From assembly GCA_965644315.1 (NCBI GenBank), contig CBFFRQ010000049.1:1-64000 (forward strand): a stretch of DNA of 64,000 bases, written 5' to 3'. Origin of the DNA: Caecitellus pseudoparvulus. Taxonomy: Eukaryota > Protista > Bigyra: Bicosoecida. The translations under genes were made by a program, and so were the position numbers. Shown here in pieces: positions 56,226 to 64,000 of the stretch. Under the pieces are notes generated by a model. That model saw only the letters and a program-made list of their open reading frames with translations, was not told the origin of the DNA and made no database searches. How positions within the stretch are numbered: position 1 is the stretch's first letter; the number at the start of each line of letters is the position of its first letter.

Positions 56226-56593
56226 GTGTGGGAGGGGGCTCTACGTGACCGCAGAGCCCGACTGCGCCTTCCCTCGCGCTGCCACCCGAGTGAGGAAGGT
56301 CTCCTGCCGCGAGCTGTGGCGCAGACAGCCGTGGAACGAAGCCGCCCCTTCCTGACGCCAGCTGCGGCCGGGGACGGTGGGCATGAGGCAGCTGCACAAG
56401 CTGTGTGCTCCCAGGCAAGCTGGGGGAGTGCAGCGTCGTTGCCGCTTTGCCAGCTCTGCTGCATTGCGCCCTGTGCGGGAATCAGACCGCCAACGCCACC
56501 TGCCGTCCGCGGGGGCGGCACCGAGAAAATCAGAAGCCATCACGAAGGGCGATGAGGTTGCGCTGGCACAGCTCAGCGCGCCATACTGGCCCT

Positions 56594-58355
56594 TCATCGC
56601 GCCAAGACACAGGTACGCATGAGCGCCACCAGCACAAGCAACAAAATGAAGCACGAGAGGCTGGAAATCCACACAACCTGCGTGAAGGCGGTGTCAGAGT
56701 CTTCGCCGCCGTTGGGCAGGTTCATGCCCAGCGCGCCGAACACCGCCGCGAGCACAGCCATGACCAGGGTGCTCAAGGAGATGACAATGTCTGCCATGAG
56801 CAGGCGATTCCGCGTCGTGGCCAGCAGCAGGTTCACCTGCTTCTCAGCCGAGGTCAGGTCGTGTCGCAACGAAGCCAGGTCTCGAATAACCGCCTCGACC
56901 TCTGCGACGTAAGCCTCCACCAGCAGCTGGGCGACGTCAGCACGGTAGTCCAACAGCTCAAGTGGTGACATGCTCGACGCAGCAGCAGTGGCGCCTCCTT
57001 GCTCGTCCCCGCTCATGGCTGGCGTCATTTGCATGCTCAGCAGCGCTTCCCCCGTGACGGGGCGATGCAGCGCCTGGGTCACGGGAGACGTCTGCCGCGC
57101 AAGCCTAGCATCATCCTGCTGACCATGCTCTGGCTGCTTTTGAAGCGGGGATGGCGGAGCTCGGATGGTCACGGGGGGCGGCAGCGGTGCCCCTGCATCC
57201 CCTGCTTCACCGACCGCCGGCTCCATGTCTGGCTCCCTGTCTGTCACTGTCCGCCTCGCGGGAGGTGCGGGTGGGGCGGGTGCAGAGCTGCCAGCGTCGC
57301 CCTCGGACTGCACGATGGGCTCCCGGGCCACCATGTGTGCCACAACGGTGTGCAGGGTGCCGCCCCCCTCCCCGGCGCCGTCACTCCGCCTCGCCTGTTT
57401 GCGTGGGTGTTTGCCAGAGCGATGGCGATGGCGGGTGGCAGACTTCCGCCGCCGGTGAACTTTCGTCGCAACCTCCGACGTCTCATCCCCCCCCGCATAT
57501 CCTTCAGGGATGACACTGTCCCGCTCGCCCTGCTGCGGACTGCTGTCAGCTGCAGCCTGCCGCGAACCCATCCGCTCTCGCAGCGTGAGGGAGGAAAGCG
57601 CTCGCAGAGTCGCAGAGCTGTCCAGGACACACAGCAAGGCAGAGCGGGTGGCGGTGCACTGCTGCTCCAGTTCTGCGATCTCCCGCATGCTCTCCCGCAT
57701 GCCGCTGAGCACAGCTGCTGAAGTGTCGTGGGCCGTGAGCGCAGCGACATTGCTGCCAACACGACTCGAGAGCTCTGCCACCGCCGCCTGCAGATCCCGC
57801 ACGACGGTCACAAAGAATGCCTCCAGTGCTCGCAGCTCAAAGGGCATGTCGGCGTTGTCAGCGTCCGAGTCGGGGCGCAGCTTCTCCAGGATGGTGGTGA
57901 CTTCCCCGTCCACTCCTTCTTGTGGGAACAACAGAACTCGCTGGGAGGTCACCATGGCCCGCACTGGCTGCAGGTTCACAATGACGCACGTCCGCCGAAC
58001 TAGAAGACTGGGGTCGTCTGCATTTGCAAACGTGGGGTCGATCAGGCGCATATCCCGGGGTTGGAGAGGGAGGGCTGCTCCAGCTCGCCGACGCCGACTG
58101 CCAGGCGCACCCGCTGATGGCCCGGGATCTTCACCTGCCATGTCCCGAATTTCCGCCAACACTTGTATCCGTCGCATGTGTCGTAGTCTTGGGTATGACT
58201 CGCCCTGTGGGGGGCGTTCCCGCGCCATTGTCAGGGCAAGGCGCCTGCGGCCAGGAGGCTCCTGGCCGCCAATTACCGCACGGAGCACTCACCCGCCTGA
58301 ATTCCACGACTAGGAGTTCTCTCTGGTTGCTCAAAAGCTCAGAAATGACTGACAT
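56594..58355 (-). CDS. Mrs2/CorA-family Mg2+ transporter
   Basis: LQPRDMRLIDP, PSLLVR..IVNL, PFELRALE, RNRLL..LGMNLPNG (GMN motif) and two C-terminal TM segments. Intron 58205-58292. Confidence 0.9.
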
Positions 58356-58647
58356 TATGACGTCTCCCCGTCTTGCTTTCTAGCTTCCCAGCTGATTCAC
58401 GACCTTGGGCACGAGAGGTGTCTCCCAGCCGTGGCAAGCCGGGGAGAGGGAGGGAAGACTTGGCAGCCTTGTCAATCACGCCAGTCCTGCAAAAATCAGC
58501 CCATGCTGAAGGGGGAATGGCGACGCAGTTGCAACTCGCGTGTGTCAACCTCTCTTTGGATTGTGCAACACACGGCTGCACTGCACACGGCTGAGTTGCT
58601 CAGCCAACAAGGGCGCCGTTTCACGCCGAAACGTCACGCCGAGTCCG

Positions 58648-59844
58648 ATGCCTGCGCGGAAGGTCGGTGCAATGGGGGGCCCCTCATGCCTGCTACTTCT
58701 GATGCTTTCTGCTCTGGGTTCCGGACTTGCAGCGGACTTCGGAACCCCAACCGCGAGCGTCCCAGCCCCCCGACGGCGAGTGAGCTGGCGCAGCGAGGTG
58801 GAATGGGCACAAAACTACACCAGTGGCACCGAGGCCACTAAGCACTACCAGGGGGAGACCCTAGCTTACATCACGCCATGGAATCCCAGTGGAAAAGTTG
58901 CCGCTCGCCACTTTTCGAAGAAGCTCACGTTCGCCGTGCCAGTTTGGCTGCAGCTGCGCATGGGGTCGGAGGCAAAGCCGGTGCGCACCGAGCCATCGGA
59001 TTTGACCCAGCTCACCATCACAGGGCAGCATGAGCTTGACGTAGAGTGGATCGAGGCGCTGCAGTCCGATGGCGTCATGGTGGCGCCCCGAGTCATGTGG
59101 GAGGCTGGGGAGCTTAGCAGTGCGCAACAGGAGGCAGCTGCCGACAAGCTCGTGGAGCTCGTGAAAGCGCACAGCCTAGACGGCTTGACAGTAGAGTTGC
59201 CAGACGTGCCCCGTCATATCTCCTGGCTGGAGAGGCTTTGCACTGGCCTGCATGCTTTGCCAGCGGCTGCGACCAACCCAGCCATGCGGCACGCAGTCTG
59301 CGTCGTGGTCATGCCGCCGCCAGTCCCGGATGACCAAGGCCGCATCGTTGGCGGCACAACCGTGGACCACTTCCGGGCTGTGGCCCGTGTTGCTGACCGG
59401 GTCTCGCTCATGACGTATGACTTCTCCATTGCTCGACGCCAGCCAGGCCCCAACGCTCCGCTGCCCTGGATGGAGTTCTGCGCTGTGGAAATTCGCGGGC
59501 CCTTGAGCGACGAAGACTTCATGCTGGGTGAAAAACTCCTGCTTGGCCTGCCATTTTATGGCTATGATATGGGAGATGCAGTCGTGGGCCACTCGTACCT
59601 GGACCTGCTGAAAAAGCACGAGCCCGATGTCAAGTTCGACAGCCGGAGCAAGGAGCACTTCTTCATCTACCTGGACACCAGTGTTGGCGCTGATGGGCAA
59701 GTGCAGCGCAACAAGCGCTTGGTGCACTTCCCCACCCGCTTCTCCATTCAGCAGCGCCTGGACCTTTCGCACAAAGTTGGCGTTGCAGGGGTGGCAATTT
59801 GGGAGTTGGGACAAGGCCTGCCGTCCTTCTTCGAGCAATTGTGA
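58648..59844 (+). CDS. CHID1: Chitinase domain-containing protein 1 (GH18, SI-CLP-like)
   Basis: Signal-like N-terminus; LAYITPWN, PVWLQL, DGLTVE (degenerate catalytic motif), SLMTYDFS..PGPNAPLPW, LLLGLPFYG, AIWELGQGL. Confidence 0.9.
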   Translation: MPARKVGAMGGPSCLLLLMLSALGSGLAADFGTPTASVPAPRRRVSWRSEVEWAQNYTSGTEATKHYQGETLAYITPWNPSGKVAARHFSKKLTFAVPVWLQLRMGSEAKPVRTEPSDLTQLTITGQHELDVEWIEALQSDGVMVAPRVMWEAGELSSAQQEAAADKLVELVKAHSLDGLTVELPDVPRHISWLERLCTGLHALPAAATNPAMRHAVCVVVMPPPVPDDQGRIVGGTTVDHFRAVARVADRVSLMTYDFSIARRQPGPNAPLPWMEFCAVEIRGPLSDEDFMLGEKLLLGLPFYGYDMGDAVVGHSYLDLLKKHEPDVKFDSRSKEHFFIYLDTSVGADGQVQRNKRLVHFPTRFSIQQRLDLSHKVGVAGVAIWELGQGLPSFFEQL

Positions 59845-60061
59845 GAGGCGCCCATATTCTTGACAAGCTCTTGATCCAGCACCATGCTAATGTCGAGTAG
59901 GATGGCTCTGGTCCTTGCCCTTCCCTCAGCCCGCTGCGCTGGAGCGGTGGCGTTTCAAGTCAACGTGGCAACGTTGCAAAATGCACGGCACTGCGCCGAG
60001 GCTAACTGCCACGCAGAACGCGGCACAAAGTGTGCACAGAAGCTCTATCTTAGAGTTCAGC

Positions 60062-63000
60062 ATGCAGGAGACCAGCCACGTGCAGCGCCTTGGGAGCTCA
60101 GCAGGCTCCATGAGGCCTGCCACCAGCCGCTCCAGCGGTGCAGGGCGAAGTCGGCCTCTCAGCAGGCAGACAAGCGCCTCCAAGGACACAAGTCGCAGGG
60201 GTGATCAGGACAGAACACTGTTCCATGTTGCTGTGTGAGTTGGCTTGCCTGCACTGTCGCCGCACCGCCCTGGCAAACCTGCCCTTCACCTGCTTGGCAA
60301 CGCAGCACTGAGGACCACCACCGCAACGTAGGCCTTGCTTGGGTAGACGTCAACAGCCTTGGGCGGCTGATGCTTCAAGTGATACAAAATGACACGCAGA
60401 CGTTTGCACAAACTATGCTTGCCCTGGACGCACTGGAGCCCGCTGGTGTCTTGCTGTGCCGCTCACACATGGACAAGCCTCTGGCGTGCCGAGTCATCAC
60501 GGAGGTGGCCAGTGACGACACTGTCGTTTCGTCTGTCCATCGAAAGTACTTTGATGAAGCTGCAGGCAGGACGAAGCTTGAGGGGCTCTCCCTCAAGGCA
60601 CTCGTGCTGCCTGACCTGCCGCAAGCTAGGCTGGCTATCGGAGCAGCACATGCTCTGCTGCACTTTGTCGCCGCAGAGCAGAACCTTCATTGGGCTCCAC
60701 GAAGCCTCTCCATTGACTTCCAGTCAAGCTCCGGGCGTCTGGGTTTGTCCAGTGCTGCGGCGAAGCACTTGAGGCTGCTCCCGCACAAGCACGCCCAAAC
60801 CGGGACGTCGCTCTTCTCCAGCGTCAAGCGCACCGTCACAAGCGTCGGGCGAAGGTTGCTGCGGAACTCACTGACAAGCCCCATCAATGACGTTCCCACC
60901 CTGGAGTCTCGCCTGGATGCGGTGGGGGAATTGGGGCAGCAACCGACGCGCCTCTCTCGAGTGCGAGCCGCACTGAAGCGGCTGCCTGACCTGGACTACA
61001 TCATCAACCACCTGGTGGTGCAGCCCAAGACCGCGACCCCTCGTACATTGAAGGTCTTGGTCCATGTCCTCTTGCAGCTCAAGGCCGCTCTGAGTCACCT
61101 GCGAGCTGTGGCGGACATCCTGGAAGGCAGCGAGGCCGCACTCATCGGTGCAGTGCGGAGCTGCTTGGAGTCGCCCCAGCTGCAAGAGATGCAAGAAATT
61201 ATCCTACAAGCCGTCGATGAAGAAGCACAACCAGTGAAAGCGACGTGGCTTCGGCAGCAGGAGGAAGTGTTCTCAGTGCGCATGGGCCAAGACCCGCACC
61301 TGGACATGACGCGGGTGCTGTTCGCAGACGCGCTGGACAAGGTGGATGCTCTTGTGGAGGGGTACAAGCACAGTTGGGGCATGCCTACGCTGGTGCTCCG
61401 GTACAGCAAGGGGCGAGGTTATCACCTGGTGGCGCCGTTGAGCGTACCTGTCCTTCCAGGTGAGGCAGTCCAAGCTGTCCGACAGGCGAAAGGCTTCCAC
61501 TTCACGACAGATGCTTTGCGGGAGCTGAACGCACAAGTGAGCACCTTGCTGTATGAGATGTACTCAGCCACCAACGCGGCCCTGCTGGGCACCAAGGCAT
61601 CCCTGCTCCCGTTCCTCCCCGTGCTCTTTGCTGCAGCAGAGAGCACCGCACTCCTGGACTTAGTGCAGGGCTTCGCAACGTTGGCCGCGCAAGCTGGCGC
61701 TGATCGGCCCTGGTGCAGGCCTGTGTTCAGCGAGATCCCAGGCTACATCTCTTTGTCGGGCGCGCGTCACGCCACTGGTGACGAGCTGGGGCTGCCTCTG
61801 GTCCCGAACACCATCTCCCTGCACAAAGCCCAGTCACTGGCGCTCGTCACAGGAGCAAACGGAGCCGGTAAGAGCACCCTGCTGCACACCGTGGCGACGG
61901 TCACCATTCTTGCTCATTGTGGCGCCTTCGTGCCTTGTGAAGCTGCCGAACTTGCACCATTGGACCACTTGCTCGTTCGGATGGGGTTCGATGATGACAC
62001 CGCGACGAACGCATCAACGTTTGCAGTGGAAATGCGGGAACTGGCTCACATTGAAGCCACTGCCACGAACAAATCTCTCGTGCTCATTGATGAGTTGGGA
62101 AGAGGAACCGACCCCCTTGAGGGTGTGGCAATCGCATGGGCAGCGTGTGAAGCGCTGCTTGCACGGGCTTCTCCGGTGCTGTTCGTGACGCACTTCCATG
62201 AGCTCACGGCGTTGGCGGAGCTGTATGAGGGAGCAACGCACATCGTCATGAACGCAGAGGCCGATGGCCAACGGGGGCTTCGCTTCTACTTCAGCGCCGT
62301 TGCAGCAAGTGACGCCGCAGCGGTAAATGACTACGGTTTGCGGGCAGCTGCCATGGTCGGCTTCCCACCTGAACTCCTGGAGCTGGCGGAGACCATGAAG
62401 GCACAGTTGCAGACGGACAGGTCGTGGGTGAATCGAATTCTCCCTGCGTCGAGCGCCGGTGCATCCAAAAGACCGGCCCTGGCGGATAAGGCCGCAGGAA
62501 CGGCTGACGCGGGGCTGCACGCAGATACCGCAGACAGGAAACTAATCACGCACCTGGTCGAGAGCAGCGCATACGTGTCCTTGGATCAACTCGAGAAACA
62601 GATTCTCGAGTGGGATGCGCAACATCTGGGGACTATCCCTCACGAAGTGCCTGCTGAGCCAGCACCCACCCCACCGCCGAATCCGAGGAAGCGCCAACGA
62701 GCTGCCGCCACCCTCCCTACAAGCCCCAGTCACATCGAACGGCCAGTGCCAGACAAACGAAAGGCTGGTGAAGCCAACGCCGCTACGGGGATGAGCCTCG
62801 CAGAGGTGCTCAGGGGTCCCACTCGCCATCCTGACTCTCCGAAGAGGCCACCGTCACGACCTAGCACTGGAAGAGTACAGGCAGCTAACAGCTTACTACA
62901 AATGGGGATTCAAGTGAACACCGCCGCTGGAACTGGGCCACGCGCGCTGCAAGGCTGTGAACCCGCCCGGCACCAACATGCCTTGGGACCAGCAGCAGCT

Positions 63001-63093
63001 TCGCGCCCTCCATCAGCACAGACAGCGTGCACAGCAGCATCAGCTGCCGCCAGTTGTGGCAGCCTGCTTACTTCCTTGGGGGGCACAGCGTGA
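60062..63093 (+). CDS. MSH4: MutS homolog 4 (meiotic MutS-gamma subunit)
   Basis: Intron 60235-60305. No mismatch-binding domain I. HVAVTE..VGLA, FSVRMGQDPHLDMTR, LRYSKGRGY, TGANGAGKST, ASTFAVEMRE, LIDELGRGT, FVTHFHEL, YGLRAAA. Confidence 0.8.
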
Positions 63094-63264
63094 CACGGGC
63101 AATCTACCACAAGCTCGGCGTGGATTTCTGAGACGCGCATTTGCGCTCCCTCTTAAAAACACGAATTTACACCCAGCAACCTGCGCGGGTAGTTCGTGTA
63201 GCGCACGATCACTTCCAAGTTTTCACATCTGCTCTGACTTGCGCACGACGCAGCGGACTGCAAG

Positions 63265-64000
63265 ATGGCCACGGGTGAGCAGGGCTGGCGTTTCACACCT
63301 AACGCCAGACACACCAACGCCCTCCTTCCCTTCACCCCCAGGGCCACAAGGCGAGCGTGACTTCACGAAGGAGGCCGAAATCAGCGTTCCCTTCCGTGCT
63401 GTGCGTTGCATACGTGACGTGTGCCCTGCTTCCGGGGTCCTTTCACCATCCAACACCCTTGCGTTTCACAGCCGCTTGGCCACCCTGCGCCTGACTTGGG
63501 GGATGACACATACCAACATGAGCTGCTGTGCGTAGGCGGGTATGCTGCGAAACCTGGCGTTCAGGCTGAAATCCTCGTCCTCGCCTCTGCTCCAGAACCC
63601 TGCAAATCGACAATGAGCACCTGCGCAACTTGGTCGGGCGGCTGCAGAGCGAGCTGGGCAGGACGCAGACACTGCTGGGCAAGGACGCAGAGGCCCTGCA
63701 CCAAGGCGATGCAGGCGATGAGGAAGGTGGTGTAATGCCTAGTTGGGTGTTTGAGTCCGAGACCATGACGCCTCTCCTCGTCGCGTACGATCACCGGATC
63801 AAGGTGTGTCACCTCTGTGCCGCGCGTCGCACAGCGACCGTCTCCTCACCAGCGCTTTCTGCCCTGCCCAGGACTTGGAGAGCAACAACGTGCAGCATGG
63901 CAAGACCATTGACAATCTCAATGCGCGTGCACGTGCTCTCGCTGCTGAAAATGACGCCTTGCGCTCGGAGCTTGCCAAAGCAACGGCTGAAGGCGGAGCA
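63265..64000 (+). CDS. CEP89: CEP89-like distal appendage coiled-coil protein (truncated at window end)
   Basis: Introns 63275-63341, 63401-63471, 63528-63595, 63804-63871 give LRNLVGRLQSELGRTQ...MPSWVFESETMTPLLVAYDHRIK/DLE...ENDALRSEL, resembling the CEP89 block RLNVELSRYQ...PPWL...SPLLLAY...ENE.L. Absent from the ORF track. Confidence 0.7.

Overview
GC-rich, very gene-dense eukaryotic DNA from a flagellated protist. A heterotrophic stramenopile is plausible, but the taxonomy cannot be fixed from this window. I reconstructed about 27 protein-coding genes by hand; most have short GT-AG introns of 62-75 nt, so many entries in the ORF track are fragments or antisense shadows. Housekeeping genes: calmodulin-like, UTP10/HEATR1, prohibitin, La, TXNDC17, Mrs2/CorA, CHID1. 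Ciliary genes: RP2/XRP2, RIB43A, CEP89-like. There is also a meiotic MSH4 and several enzymes (GT8, Ser/Thr kinase, JmjC, 2H phosphoesterase, isochorismatase-like, VOC, menorin/FAM151). The standout is a 6-exon gene (44606-49831, minus strand) that the ORF track splits into five pieces. It encodes a ~1619-aa type I membrane protein: signal peptide - [SOD-A, SOD-B, TSP1] x3 - transmembrane helix - cytoplasmic tail. Its six Cu/Zn-SOD-fold domains look copper-only (Cu histidines largely kept, Zn ligands and electrostatic loop lost), appear to have a relocated disulfide, and two of them share a near-identical DNA tract consistent with recent gene conversion. I found no rRNA, tRNA, CRISPR array or transposon. 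All family assignments come from motif recognition, not database searches.
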